Of a stretch of 64,000 nucleotides of DNA, positions 25,244-40,175 are shown in pieces. The notes under the pieces are model-generated. The model saw only the letters and a list, made by a program, of their open reading frames with translations, was not told where the DNA came from and did not search any database. Numbering within the stretch: position 1 is the stretch's first letter; each line of letters begins with the position of its first letter. A program made the translations under genes and the position numbers. The DNA is from Octopus sinensis. Taxonomy: Eukaryota. The DNA lies in assembly GCF_006345805.1 (NCBI RefSeq), contig NC_042999.1, forward strand, positions 96,100,001-96,164,000, given 5' to 3'.

Positions 25244-27469
25244 GATATTCGGTCAAACAAAAGAAATTTATTGAATGAGTGAAATATTAAAGAACATGGA
25301 AATTTTATGTAAGACCTTTCATGATTGGTACTCAGCTTAGTTTAAGTTTTCCTTGTTATTGTGAATTAACTAGGAATGTAGGTTATATGATGGAGTCACA
25401 AGATGATGAAATGGGAAGGTTCATTAAAAAGAAATTAAATAGGGAAAAGAAATTAATATAGAAGCATTTACAAGAATAAAACAAATGAAGAGAGGTGTAA
25501 TGAGACTAATGAAAGGCTGAGGTGAATAAATCAAACAAAAAAGCTTGAGTGGTAGCTGGCTAGGGAGCAGGGCTAAAATGAGAAACAGAGTAATGAAGAG
25601 CAAGAAAAGATAAGAAGAATATAGAGAAAGGAAATTAGTCAGCCAATAACAAATTTGGTGATGGTGAGGAAATGATTTGACTAAATAATTGGAATACAGA
25701 GAGCAGGATGAAAACTGAAGAGGAAGAAAATAAAAAAATTACATGAAATTCATGTATAAATTAACTGCCAAGTAAAAAGAAAAACAAACAGATATTGGAA
25801 ATCATTTGTATGGCATGTATCTCATTAGAGAATTTTCTTCTATGAATAACATCCATTTGTGGGAAGAAAACAAACTTGCTTTTGTAGCATTTCAACTCTA
25901 TATAAATGTAAATTTCTGAAAAATGGTATGTTACAACAGTCTTAACAATCTTTGATTGTCAAGACACCATTCTTAGGATTTGTTTTCATAACACTTTATG
26001 GAAGTTATTTATCGTATATTTGTTTGCTATAATGGCAGACATGATGACGTAAGAAAATTCATTACCTCAACTGGAATAACTTTATTTATCATATTAATAT
26101 TCATTGAATGAAAATGCATAAACAGCTTAAGATCTTGTTAAATCTTGCTTAAACAATGCATTGTCTTGAAAAACAGTGCTTAATTCCTCTTTTCCATATC
26201 TTTAATGCTTCCTTCAGATATCATCTTTAGTATTTATCTAGATATTGTATGCACTGGTTATCTTGTTATGAGCTCAACTATGCCTTATAAACTTCGTTTC
26301 CATTTGAGTCATTTCAGTTGAGTTATTCCCCACAATTTTCAGTAATATCCAATAACATAAAAAGGAATCTACCAGAACAACTTGCCCACAAATTTCAAAA
26401 TTTAAAGTCTTTCCTGCTGATTGAATGTTCCATCATTTTCATGGAATGCCTTAGGAATAATATAAAAGTAATGAAAAGGAGACAATTGAGTAACTAATTG
26501 AAATATTTGAAATATCTTTTTGCTGTAAAGTAGGAATTGTATTTTTACAAAAGATTTGGAATTTCTTTTGACTTGAGTAAATGTTTGTGTGTCACAATCT
26601 TTGTACAAGACATGTATAGAATTAACTAAGCAAGTTATATTCTATGATATAACATTAATAACTCTACTTGTGGGTGACAGAATTATTTTTGTGTTTTCAA
26701 AATAAAGTCAGTTGATTTTCGACTCATTCCTTTCGAAAAAAAAAAAAAGCTGTAGTCGTGTGCTATGCTTGATTCATTTTACCATACTATAACTAATGTG
26801 TGACTTCTCATTATTGTAAGAAACCATTTAAATCTCTTATAGTTCACATCTTTAATGTTTAACTATAAAATTAAATGGAAGGCATAATCTATTAGACACG
26901 TAAGGTATTATTTGTAAAATAATTTGACTGATAAACTAAAGAATGAAATTGAAGACATAATCTATATTATCCTGCTACAGTTCATATATGTAATGCTTAA
27001 ATATGGAGTGAAATTGAAGACATGATCATTTATACATAATATTTTTACTGTTCAAAAGATGACATAAACTTTGAAAGAAAACTGTTGACAGTTTATTACA
27101 AATTCAGTATTATTCTGTAAAAACTTTGACTGGTAAAGAAAAGGATGAAATTGAAGATGCAATCTACCATAAACACAGTATTTATATTATTTGTATTATT
27201 CATATTTCAATTAGCTAATAAATATATTTTTTTATTTTAAATTTAGTGTGATTTATGTATTAGTATTATATTTCATAAAGATTAATTATTAGCAACAAAA
27301 GCAGTCTTATTACCAGAAGTAATCTTTATAACCAACCTAACATGGACGTATTATTAGAACACCGAATATTGCATTATTAGCCTTGAGAGATCCTCTCTTA
27401 TAGGTACTTGGTGCATAAAAGTACACACATAGATCATAACTGACAAGTATTGTCAGTCATGGTCACGGG

Positions 27470-27517
27470 AATTCCCATATCACTTGATTTTGGTCTACTG
27501 GACCTCATCAGTTGGAG
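27470..27517 (-). pseudogene. Inactivated hammerhead ribozyme relic
   Basis: The reverse complement reads ctccaa-CTGATGA-GGTC-cagta-GACC-AAAA-tc-aagt-gATA-tggga. Perfect 4-bp stem II, but the invariant G12 of GAAA is an A. Confidence 0.4.
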
Positions 27518-29194
27518 TACTGGTTGCCTGTTAAATTTCACTGCCATACAGTGCTCATGACAGATGATTCTTGTCTGCTATGATCTACATATTTTATACT
27601 TTGAGTATCAAAAATCAGTGAAGCAACTACTGAACTTTGTTCATTGGAGACATGGGTTCAGCTATATTTACTGATATGAAATTAAGGATGCAGTACAACA
27701 TACTCAGATTTTCATGTTACCAATGGATATATGAAGAGAAGTAAGCCTTTATTTTCTCATACGTAATTGTATGTGGCTCTTTCTGGTATGCATACACTTT
27801 TTGGCATAAAGATAACAAATGTAGATAACTCTCAAGGCAGAAAAGATGATGAGTGCATTACAAAGAATATAGTTTTCAAAAATCTCATCTAAGACTGTAC
27901 TTTTAGTACTACTGATGTGGACTTCACACTATCTCAAGAATCAAATACTCAAGAAAAAATACAGTTTTGAAAGAAATTATGAACTTCATGGTTCTCAGTA
28001 AACTTTTCAAAATAATAGCAGAATTGCTGCTGGCACTTCTAATTTACTATTATCAAAACTATTATTATGATAGTAATGGTTACAGATTCGGTGGAATATT
28101 TTTGGAAACATTCTACAGAGGATTAAATCTGGAAATATGAAGGAAATAATTAAGAAAAATTAGAGCCTGCAATACTGTAATCAATGACAGAATTTTCAAG
28201 ATTGATAGGGAAAGTTCATTGTAATCAGTAATAACAGCAGCACTATGATATTTCTTTTAGTGTGAATGTAAATATACCTACTATCTACTATCATCCTGCC
28301 ATATCCTTTTCTGTGCTGCCAGCCATTAATCCTTCTCCCTCTGGTCATTCATTATTGACATCCAACACTTTCTCATACCATTGCCTGTCTATTATTATCC
28401 ATCACTTGATCTTTCTTATGCCAGCCAACATGTAATTGTTATTACTGTCTCTCTTCCATTACTCTCCTAGCATTACCTCTTACCTCTCTTCCACACTGTA
28501 TCCTCTGTTACCCTCACCTCTCGGTTTGATTCTTTCATCATATCTTTTCCCCCTCTTACCCGCTCACCTTATTCCTGCTTTTAATACTCTCCTATTCACC
28601 CTTTGTAGGTCACAGTCACAAAGTTGAGGAGGCTCTTTAGACTTGTAGAGGACATTACAATCTTACCTGTGATGGTACCATAATAAAATGTGTCCAGTAC
28701 ACTTTGTAAAGTGATTGATGTTTAAAGAAGTACACACTATCATAGAAACGATGCTAAATGGGGATATGTGAACTTGACTCATCAAGCAAAGTGGTACTCC
28801 CCCCCCCCCCAGATAAGTCCTGACTTTGACCATGAAAGAAACCTGCCCAGCCCATGCAAAGTTTTTTCTCATTTTCACAGTTGTTTCTCTCTTGCTTTTC
28901 TATATATATTATGTGTGTATAAATATATGAATGAACACATGAATTTACACATGCATTATGGAATTATGCTGAACCTGCCTTAAGAAATGATATCTTTAAT
29001 CAAAGTTCTAATTACATGCTCTAGTTTTATAAAATCAGATCATTAAGGTTTATAAACTTCACTTTGCAAAATAAACTTTTTGTTTCATTTCTCAGATGTA
29101 TATAATAACTACTTAGTATTTTACCGCAGTTCAATTTAATGTTATTCAATACAAATAAAATAGGAAACGAAAATGAAAATAGCAACACATAAAA

Positions 29195-29645
29195 AAATAT
29201 TGGTTTCAAATTTTGACTCAAGCCCACAGTTCTGCAGGAGGGGATAAGTTGATTACTTCAACCCCAGTGCCCAGCTGGCACTTATTTTATTGATCCTGAA
29301 AGGATGAATGGCAAGACAACCTCAGTTGAATTTGAACTGGGAACATAAAGATAGACAAAATGCTGCTAAGCATTTTGCCCAGTATGCTAACAATTCTGCC
29401 AGACCACCATCTTAACACATTAAATAATACTGGTTTTAAATTTTGGCAAAAGCCAGCAATTTTGGGGAGGGGTAAGCCCATTACATCAACACCAGTGCTC
29501 AATTGGTACTTATTTTATTGACCCTGAAAGGATGACTGGCCAAATCAATGTCAGCAGAATTAGAACTCAGAAACACTAAGACGGATAAAAAGCTCCAAAG
29601 CATTTTTCCCAGTGTAATAGCAATTCTGCCAGCTCACCACTTTAA
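29195..29645 (-). mobile_element. Head-to-tail dimer of tRNA-derived SINE family B
   Basis: Two consecutive copies (about 29195-29415 and 29425-29645) with the core tttcatcctttcagg(g/a)tcaataaaataagt(a/g)cca. Confidence 0.8.
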
Positions 29646-30380
29646 CAGATCAAATAATATTAAATAATGCACATTCAATAACCTTCAGTAGTAATGAAAT
29701 AACATGATGACATTAAACACAACCACATGCCTATGCTCCTACTTTATGGATAATGTATTGAGCTCTAGAGCAACCTTGAGAAAAACTGTTCCTGAACCTT
29801 CTTGTGTGGAATTCAATTAATTGTCATCTTTTTTGAACAAAACTCATCTCATGCATAATAAGGTAATGAATATAAAAAAATAGTGACTATAAATTATGAG
29901 GCATAATAGTACTAAGGTTTATGTGCTGGTTAAAGTTATTGACATAGGGCAAACCATGAAGCTATCATTTAATATCTAATTATTTAATTTCCTAGTATTA
30001 TATATATATATATATATATAAATCATCATTATTATCACCATTGTTTAATGTCTGCTTTTTATACTGGCATGGGTTGGACATGGAGCTGTCCAGGCTCCAG
30101 TTGTCTGTTGTGGCTTGGTTTCTATAACTGGATGCCTTCCTAGTGCCAACCACTTAACAGAGTGTACTAGGTGCTTTTTACATGCCACCGGCATGGGTGT
30201 GTGTTTACACAGCAGCAGCACCTGAAAGGGCAAGCCTATAAATGTATATGTATATACATATATATATATATATATATACACATAAAATAACCATAAAATA
30301 TTTGACCAAATAATGGAATTGTACCTGATATTTTGGACTAACTGTCATTTTAAGAATACAAGTCAATTTTTGCAGTTTCA

Positions 30381-30770
30381 TGTTCCTTTTATCTTTTACT
30401 GGTTTCAGCCCAGGGCTGAAGTCATGCTGGTGCACCACCTGTAGCTACTTGGTGTTGTTTCTGATATCGTTTTTGGTGATAGCGAATTGGACGGAGCTGC
30501 TCTTCTTTGTGTCTCCTGCCATGATGTGGATTCATCTGGTATCTCAGATAGAAACCTGTCCAGACATTCCTTGAAAACTTCCACATCAGCACATGTAGAT
30601 CTCTCAGGTTGCTTGGAAGGATGTTGAACAATCGTGGGCCCTTGAAAACCAGACTATTGCAGTACTATGTCCTTATTTTAGATGGGGAAGGCAGAATTTT
30701 GGGTATGATGGATTACTGTCCAGTTTGACGTTTGGTCACATTTGATTTAGTAAGACATGCCAATAAAATA
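30381..30770 (-). mobile_element. 3' end of a CR1/L2/Jockey-group LINE
   Basis: Translates to FKGPRLFNILPSNLRDLH.ADVEVFKECLDRFLSEIPDE, then a 3' tail ggtggtgcaccagcatga...ctgaaaccagtaaaagataaaag. Confidence 0.75.
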
Positions 30771-33700
30771 TGTTTACATAGTTTTTGTTTTACAAATGCA
30801 ATAGTAGGCTTGTTGTCATTAACTTTCACTCTTAAAATTTTTATCAAATCATTTTAAGTGAAACTAATTTATTCTTCTGACCTTATAAAGATTGTAGGTT
30901 CTTTAGTGTTGTTGATGATGAATGCTATGGTCAACTTAGTTTGAATGTTGCTATAATTAAGTTTAAAAGGGTGAAGAAATTTCAGTTGATACATTTGCTT
31001 TATAATTGATATAAAAGAACGCCTTTAAAGACCTCTCACACTTGTCACTACTATTGCCACAAATTCTCAAAATTTGTTTTTGCTGTAGCCAAGATATAAT
31101 CTATTGCCTTTTGGTTTTGAGTTTACTTCTGAATTTTCCTTAGAAAGCCATATTTGTCATGAATTTTACATCTGAAAATATAACAAAGGTACAAGTGAAT
31201 ATTTCACATTATTTCATTGATTTCCAATAACTGTCTGCTATTAGTGATGAGATAATCTATAGGTATGTGTTGTGGTGGTGTTTGTAACTATAATGTTAGC
31301 CTAGAGTAATGGTTAGTGAAGTGGCATTTGTTCATGGTTAATGTGTTTCGCTAGTAGTTGTGGTATTGACAGTATTTTCAAATACATTGGGTGATAATAA
31401 TGATAGTATTGTTGATAGTAGTTCAGTGGTTGTCTGTTTATAATTGTACTACAATATTTGACAGAAGTGTTTGGGAAAGGGATGCAGTGGTGATAATGAT
31501 GTAATTAAGATGATGAAAAAATATGGTATGATAATGGTACTGTTGGTATAGAAATAGGAAATATATCGAGTTTAAACTCCTCCTAACTTATGTGCATGTG
31601 TACACACACGCACATGCATGTGCACTCACACATGCACTTTCTTCCACTTCTTCCCTAATGACCAAATTTCTGTTTAGTATTCTTCCAAGAATACATTGTT
31701 GAATGTGTATCTAAATATTAGAACAGATGGGTGCATGATAAATGGAGTGAGTTTTGAGAGATATTTTAAAAAGGGAAAAATCAATTAAAATTGTTGAAGC
31801 AAACAGTTTCTGAAAAACACTGGAACTAGAAATGATGTGATGATAAAATAGAAGAAAGTACTTGAAACTGAGTTTGTGGAAGAAGCTGAGATGTTTAAAA
31901 GTTTGACTTAAAAGCCATGAGGATGTGGTGATATCTACTAGGTACTGACCTATATAAAATGTAATGTATTCATTGAAAATGGAGTAGTTTACCTATTGTT
32001 TGAGCAGGACATATTTTTAAAAAAAATTTTCAGTTGCAATACAAAGGAGATACAGTCATCCCATTGGAAAAATACTAGTTCATGTTGTTAGTCCAGTTTT
32101 CTTCTGCAATGATAATAGATAAAGAATATATAGCACATATCAATTGTCTATACTGGGTATTATAATTACAATCCAAATAATGACTTTACAGATGAAGTCT
32201 GCAAGTATCAGTAAAGAGAAATAAGGATTATGATGTTCATACTTTCTGTAAGTCATCAGTAATATAACTGAAAAGCTGACATTTTTTAATTTAAATTTGA
32301 TATAACTTGTATTCAGTAACAACTTTTTATTACACTTTGAATATTATTTGCATGAAGTTTTCTACATCTCACTTGTACTGTGTATGTATGTGTTGAACAA
32401 TTTTGTTTGAATGCTCCGAGTAATTTAGAAATAAAAATAAAATGCAAATAGTGGTTCCAAATAATAGCAAATATTTTTTAATGAAATATATATAAAACAC
32501 CACCATATGATCTGAATACAGTATATTATCTATTGCATTAACTTCTATCTTGATTGTTTTGCTTGGTAATAAAATATAAAATTCTGAAGTTGAATAAAAC
32601 CTTTGATCTTTAAAATGTGGATTAAAGGTTATATATCCAGTAAGATGTGTAAAGTGAATTGGGATTATTTAGGAAAATTAAACCAGATACTTTTCTGTTT
32701 AAACCTTTCCTTTTTAAAAAAAGGAAATTTGGAAGACTAAAAAGTTGTCTTTTTAGCTTCAAACATTGTTTTATATAAAATATTTTTTATTATTAATTTT
32801 CTAGAAACAGTACAATTTTCTTTCCTAGAAATATTGTCCTGTAATGTCCAGTGAATTGAGCAGACTTAAAGAGAATTGAACTTCTTTGATTATCTTGAAG
32901 TAGTATGATTAACTTAAGAGCCTCATTTAATGTTATACTTATTAGTTTGATATCTTGCTTAGAATGTTGCCAGTGATGTATAACATTGCAGATAAGCAAT
33001 GCTGAGAAAGACTACCTTTAGCTATTGTACTTATAGAATGCCTATTAGAAATTGCATTTCTCTACAATACAATGCACACAGAGATTTCAAATCTGCTTAA
33101 CCTTCTATAAATTCGCAAGTTAGCTCTTATGCACAATGTCTCATTATTGATAAAACTTCTTACATATCTACAAAGGTGTTTCTATAAATATCATCTCCTC
33201 TTTGCACCACATTAAATAAAATGGAAATTATTAGCAGAGTCTATAAGATTGCTTTCTATTATAACTTATTTGGGATGTAGGAAATTTTCAATTCTTCCAT
33301 ATAGTTCTTCCAGCCAGTGTACCAGATACAATACGTTATCAAATATTTGTATAAGACATATTTTAATCTTCATGCCTTGATGGAATTAGCATTGTAATGC
33401 GTTTCAAACAAAATCCATAAACGAAATATATATATATAATTACTGTTTTTCTAAAAAAAATTATATACATAGAAAAGCATTGCCTATATAACTTTTAGAC
33501 CTCTCATTTAAAATAGGATATGATTGACATAGAGAGTTTGCTTATTCTTCTTTGAGGTTTTTTAAAATTGTTTTTTCTTATACAGTTTATTAAAAGAGGA
33601 AGGGAAGAACCCATGACTTTTACAGTGCTTCAAAGAAAAGGGAAAGAAGCAACTAAGTTGTTGGTCGTTAATAAATGCTTTGGTCTCTAAGTAACCCAAC

Positions 33701-36700
33701 TGGAAATAAATGGTCTTGTATGAGTTTCCTAATGAATAGGGTAGCATCCTGTGCAATGCTCATAGGACTGAGCCTCTGCAGGAAAACCATTTCCAGCTGT
33801 ATCATCTAATTAGCAGTGGCATTATAAAAGGTAAAATGCAGAAAGAATCAGAACATTGAGTTATTGAACCACTCTCAGACTAGAGATCTACTACAAATGC
33901 TTGCAAAAGAGAAAACTCTGTTAATTGTATCCAAGTACTACCACATAGCACCCATTTATAAATTGAGTAACAAAGTAGGTCTACTCTCCATAAAATTAAG
34001 TCTGCCTCTCTGAAGTTTCAGTAGTTGCCCTTTGGTAAAATGTCTGACTGCAAGGAATTGAGGTCACTGTGACTTTTACATTGACAAACCACAACCTTAA
34101 AATTTTGTTGATTGTTTTAATATATTTGTTGTGAGGTGAATTTTAATGTGTCATTCTTCAGAGAAGAAATGAGAAACTTTTTGAATGGTTGTAAATGAAA
34201 GTGAAGAATATAAGAAAAAACAGAGAGATGAACAGGAAGTGTGGTAGTTGGTATGTGATCAAAGTGGTGAAACAAAAGGAAAGCAAATACTTTGAAGAAA
34301 CTCTGTATATACCTAAGCACAGTGACACTCAGATTTGCATGTGTACATACACTAACACCTCTAATTTGGAAGAAGGTAGGGAGTGGAAACAATTTCACTG
34401 CAAGGTTAAATACATATGGGTATGAGTTTGTATATTTGCTGTATATTTATCATGTCTCCACTGTTGATAGATGCAAACTAGATAACAAAACATACGCAGT
34501 ATGTATTTGTTGTGCCACACACAACTATTAGCATAATGTGTGCAGTATGGTCTCAGACAGATTAATCTTGACATATTTACATTGAAGATCTATGGTATAT
34601 ACCAGGCATTTAGTTGGCCTTCAGCATTCCAAAACATCTGCTTGAATATACCTATAAATATATTAATAGCAGCAGTATCAACAACACTAAAAAAATTTCT
34701 TATCTAATTTCTATAATTCCTTTAATTTCTTTACATAGAAGTCAAGATGTTTGATTTAAAAGAATGGTATATTTGTATTAAAGTTGTCTTATTGTTATTA
34801 TAGTTATTTAACTTATATAAACAAGCTTTGGTATTTGTTTTAACTACAAATGGCCAAAGGAAACATATATATGGGAACTGCATATCAACTACAACTAGGA
34901 ATCATCATTAGCTTCTTTTTTATCATCATCATCATTAAGCATTTGTCACCATCCTCATCATCATTCAGCACCATCATCATCAAGTATCTCAACCAATACT
35001 ACCGTCATTAGGCATGATATTGATGATTATTTCTTCTTTGACGTAGTTATAACAAATGACCTATTCTAAGTTGATTGATCTAGAACATTTAGTAACATTA
35101 TAGTAGAAATGTTCATTTAACTTTTGGTTTATTAGTTTCAATTACTGTTTTTTTTTTTTTATAAAATATCAAGTAACTATATTCCCTTCTGCCTTAACTA
35201 ATTTCCTCTGCTATTATTTATATGCTTTTCACACCGATTTTTGAAAAAATTCCTTCGATTTTTAAAAGCTCTCTTGCAATTACTAATGATATCTTTAAAA
35301 TCAGTATTGGAATTTACAATATTGGTGTTTTTGGTGTTTTTCACTTAGCTGTCATTTTTTCTTTGTTTCAAATAATTGCAAATACTACCAAATAAGAGAA
35401 ATTCTACCTTAATAGGAAATGGAATCATTGCAACCTCTTCATGTGAGGCTAAATAAATTTTAGTATGTTTCTCCTTAATGCAAATGAATCTAGATATTCT
35501 AGGATAAAGAGTTTAGGTATATAGTGATCAAATTTAGTTCTTCTCTTAGAAAAATTATTGCTACTGAATAGCTGATGACTCCACACAGTTGTGAGTATGA
35601 TGTTAAATAACATAGCACTGTTAGGGATATTTATGAAGAAGGAAATTGTATAACATAAAAAGAAGAGGTACAATAGAAGGGAAAGGATACATAATTTTAG
35701 TTCTTAGAAATAGGTCACAAAAGCTAAAACATGAAATAAACAAGATACAGAATAATGAAAAACAATATAAAATAATATCCATTTGTACAGGGAAAATGAA
35801 AAAAGAAAAAGCAATGAGCCAACCCCCCATCCTCAGCAAATTGTTTTATAAACTAAAAACCAGTAACATTCTGTGTATGCCCAGTCTATGTAGAATAGTA
35901 TTTAGTTCTTGTGACATCTATATTATAATCTTCACATTTTTCTTTCTATTTCTTTTCTTCTACTTTCTTCCATCTTGCTCTAGAAAGTGACATTTGCTAT
36001 TTCTCTCCTTCACACACCCACTTGTTAACTTCCTCTGTAAATAATTACTTTCCCCACTATTCTTTATTGATTTATCATATTAAGCCAGAGTAAGCACAGT
36101 TCTTTTTCCCCCTCCCTTTTTCTCCTCTTCTCTTTATCTTAGTTTCTTATACCAATAGGCATTTAAATATATTGTGCTATACTTCAAAATATTTCTTGCA
36201 ATGTTTATATCAAAACTAGATATCATATTTGTTTCCTTTAGTGGTATACAGCTATATTCTTGAAACCATGTCTGAGCTCTTGAAACTGAGTTTTTGATGT
36301 CTTAAACGGCATTCAGCTCTTTGTAAATTCACTTCAGCATCAAGTTCACATTTAAGAAACATTTGTTACTGATGTTCTAAGCAGAAGTAAATAACAAATG
36401 TGAATACTTTAATAAGGCTGAACACTTGAAAAGAACTAATAGCATAAGTATTATTTATCCATTATTTGAAAGTCATTGCATCAATTTGGATTGATTAAAA
36501 CCTTCAGTAATATAATAAAACCACAAATGGATTTTAGATTTTACTCATATAACTAGAATATAAACTATAGAGAATTATGTGGCATGTAGTTTCAGTACTG
36601 TATTATTCTTTGTAGATTTATCATTTTGTAAATTTATACTATGCTCAATTTATACCAGCTTTATACATCAACATTTCAGTTATATGGGAATGAAAATTTC

Positions 36701-38829
36701 CCAGTTGAGCTTACAATTGTTGTTCTTGCTATAATACTGGTATTGTTGAACCTATCTAAAAGCAACATATTTTATGTTTTTTTATATATTTTCTCTTTTT
36801 TAACAGTTCTTTTAGAGTGTATTAAAATTAGAAGCTCTATATCAGAGCATTGTATCAGGCATATCTTGACAAGTTTTATTCACTTCTTTTCCTTCACTGC
36901 TAACATGAAATCATAGCTTTGTTACTCAAAACAGTGTAGATGAAAAACTGTTGCCTCACTTCTGCAAAAGACTTTAAACTTTCTTCATATATAATAGAAA
37001 GAAATTGTATTGGTGCATATATGTCTGCCTGTACTAGTTGATGCTTCATTGTTTCTATTTGAGGTTGTTTCCATTTATGTAGATAGCAGATAAGTTGTTT
37101 TGTTCTTTGCTCTTTAGAAACTCAGCTAGATTTAGGTTGATTAAATGCATAAATATACAAATATAATTAATAATTTGCTTATACGTACGTAAATACAATT
37201 TGTATTGAAAACAAAATTATATGGTTATAAATACGTGATCAAAAATTATATCACATTTATGTCATAACTGAAGGCTGAAATTCATTTATCTAACTATTAG
37301 TATGACATTATGATGTGTGGTGATAATGCTAACGTTACTATTATTGCTGCTGCTTTGAGAAATCATTTATTATAATTCTTGTGTAACACTGCATTTCTAA
37401 TAATAGCTGTAAGTTCCTTTCTAAAAGCTACTGAAGTATATTTTTTCAAAGATACCTTTTCACTTGTCACATGAAGTAATGAGTACAGCTTTGTTTTGAC
37501 GAGATCTCATCTGTATCATGCAAAATAACACAATTTATCATAATTGCTAATAATTTTTTCATTCACTATATGAAGTTTATTACAAGCAGGGAGAAAGAAT
37601 ATCATTTTCAAAATCTTTGCTTGTTTAAGTTAGTTCTCAAAACTTTATCATTATTACCATATCTCATTGAAATAAAAACTGTATTTTTCAATTGTACTAT
37701 TAAGAGTTTATCCAAAATAGGGGATGGAGTCTGTTCATCCAGGAATTTTCTTTGCATCAACACCAATTGAATAAAATATATTTTATAATGCCAAGATAGT
37801 CATCTAATTTTTAGTATTCTTAATTAATTTGAAGTTCAACGTAGAAAACTGAAGGTGTTCAGTTTATAAACAGATCATTACAAATTATTTTGAAAATATA
37901 TGGAGAAACCTCACCAATTTAAAACCACTTACATCAGTTTAAGGGGATCTAATTTAGTACATTAATTCACAGGAGATGATTATTCTTATATGACAAATTC
38001 TATATATGATAGAAGGAGCATTACTTACCTAAGTGTCATCATTATCATCATCATCATTGTTTAACGTCTGCTTTCCATGCTAGCATGGGTTGGACGATTT
38101 GACTGAGGACTGGCAAATCAGATGGCTGCACCAGGCTCCACCTAAGTGGCTGAAAATGCTTCAGGTTGTAGAAATCAACATAGAAAACTTCAGTAGAGAT
38201 GAAACTAAGCCATACATATATACATTTTTGAAGGACATATTATTATTTGTTAGCTTTGAATAATATCTCTAGTTAGGCTGTAGATGGCAGTGAATGTAGT
38301 ACAGTTCTGGATAACAAATATTTTGTTATGCCTATGTATGTTCTGTGTGAAATCCTGCTGATTTCAACTATACCTTTAATTCTTCTAAGATTAGTAAAGT
38401 AAAAAGAATAGCAATTAGTTTGAGGATTAATTAAATCAGTCATACATTTCTCAAAAATATGTAACTTGTACCTATAGCAGAAATCAGCATTATCAAAATT
38501 GCAAATATTGCTGCAACTGTTGAATAAAGCTTCAAAAAATATATAATTCTTTGTACATTCAGTAAGTGATCAATATTGAGGACAGCACTATGAAACTCAT
38601 TCAGAACTAAAGATTATGAATGAGAGGATTTACTGAAAATGAGTAACAATTTTAGGGTAAATTGTAATAGTTTTGTGTAAGAAAAAACGTAACTTTTAAC
38701 TTCCAGTAATATTAAATGCATAATTTATAAGTAGTTTCCTGTAAATGCAAATTCTTTATTTTCACATTTTTTCATTTCTTGTATTTTTAAATCTTAGAGT
38801 AAATGTATCCTTTGTTTTGTTTCCTGCAG

Positions 38830-38933
38830 CCCTCAGATGACGAGCCAGGCGACAGTGATAGTAGCATACATACCATGACGTCCGAGTCACAGCTATCGTA
38901 TGGCAAGCAGAGTGGTGCTATTCGAAAGGCAGG
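38830..38933 (+). CDS. sif/TIAM1-like: Internal coding exon (104 nt, phase 0 to 2) of a still life/TIAM1-like Rac guanine-nucleotide exchange factor; encodes PSDDEPGDSDSSIHTMTSESQLSYGKQSGAIRKA(G)
   Basis: Acceptor ttgttttgtttcctgcAG before 38830 and donor GG|gtaagt at 38934. The frame is open. The terminal GAIRKAG matches the G-A-V-R-K-A-G motif that opens the N-terminal PH domain of TIAM1/Sif, and its phase matches the 50630 exon. Confidence 0.93.
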
Positions 38934-39267
38934 GTAAGTCTCTTGATTAATTAAAGATTCCTGTGACATAGTAAGGATTATAAAGGCTTTTATATAGAGA
39001 CAAAAAATTCATTATCATCATCATTTAATGTCTATTTTCCTTGCTGGCATGTGTTGGACAAACATGCAAAATTTATTTCTTACAGATTCATAATGAAAAT
39101 GAAATGGTTGCAACTGGGAATGAATTCTGTTTGCTATTAATATTATATGAACCCTTTTGTATGCTACAAAAACAGAATAACAAAGTTAACAGTATTTTAA
39201 TTTCATAAATATGAAATTTCAAAAAAAAGTTAATTTCAAACCATTTCCAGACTGTATAGTTAAGAAA

Positions 39268-39445
39268 GGTGTGGGCATGGCTGAGTGGTTAAGAAGTTCA
39301 CTTCCTAGCCACATGGTCTCGGGTTCACTTCCATTGTGTTACACCTTGGGTAAATGTATTCTACTGTAATCATGGGTCAACTAAAGTAATGTGAGTGAAT
39401 TTGCTAGAGAGAAACTAAAAGAAGTGTGTCTTGTGTGTGTGTCAT
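39268..39445 (+). mobile_element. tRNA-derived SINE head (family A)
   Basis: A box tggctgagtggtt and B-box-like gggttcacttcc. Confidence 0.7.
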
Positions 39446-39912
39446 TAGAATGGTTCTAATATTTTTGCACCTTTCTTTAATTTGGGGTTGATAGGTTTTC
39501 TTACTTTCCATTAACATATTATTCTCGCTATTATATCTTTTTATATATATTGATAGATATTAATTATTATATCTCTTTTTTTTTTGTTATGTATATTTAT
39601 ATAGGTGGCTTATGTATTTGTAATATTAAATTTTAAGTTAATTAGGTATTATATTATTTGATATTTAGTCAACTTTATTATAGATTGTTATATTAAATCT
39701 ATAGATACTACACATGTATATTTATTATATGGTTAGCTTATTTAAGGAGTTTGTCTATATTTGAACCATTTCTTATTTTGATTACAATTCAATGACTTAT
39801 ACTAGCCTTGTGTATTTTATTTAATTTTAAAGTATTTGATTATTTAAGTATTATTTTATTTTTCACTTATGTATATTTAGGATTTTCATATATATATATA
39901 TATATATGTATA

Positions 39913-40133
39913 TACTCTTTTACTCTTTTACTTGTTTCAGTCATTTGACTGTGGCCATGATGGAGCACCGCCTTTAGTCGAGCAACTCGACCCCGGGACT
40001 TATTCTTTTGTAAGCCCAGTACTTATTCTATCGGTCTCTTTTGCCGAACCGCTAAGTAACGGGGACATAAACATACCAGCATTGGTTGTCAAGCAATGCT
40101 AGGGGGACAAACACAGACACACAAACACACACA

Positions 40134-40175
<42 letters not shown>

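Noticed and set aside
26923-27170. Three tgaaattgaaga(c/t) motifs as a regulatory array
   Set aside because: They look like a degenerate AT-rich tandem duplication; nothing supports function.
39268-39345. tRNA gene
   Set aside because: A and B boxes are present, but there is no cloverleaf and the sequence continues into a SINE body. No genuine tRNA, rRNA or snRNA gene was recognised in the window.
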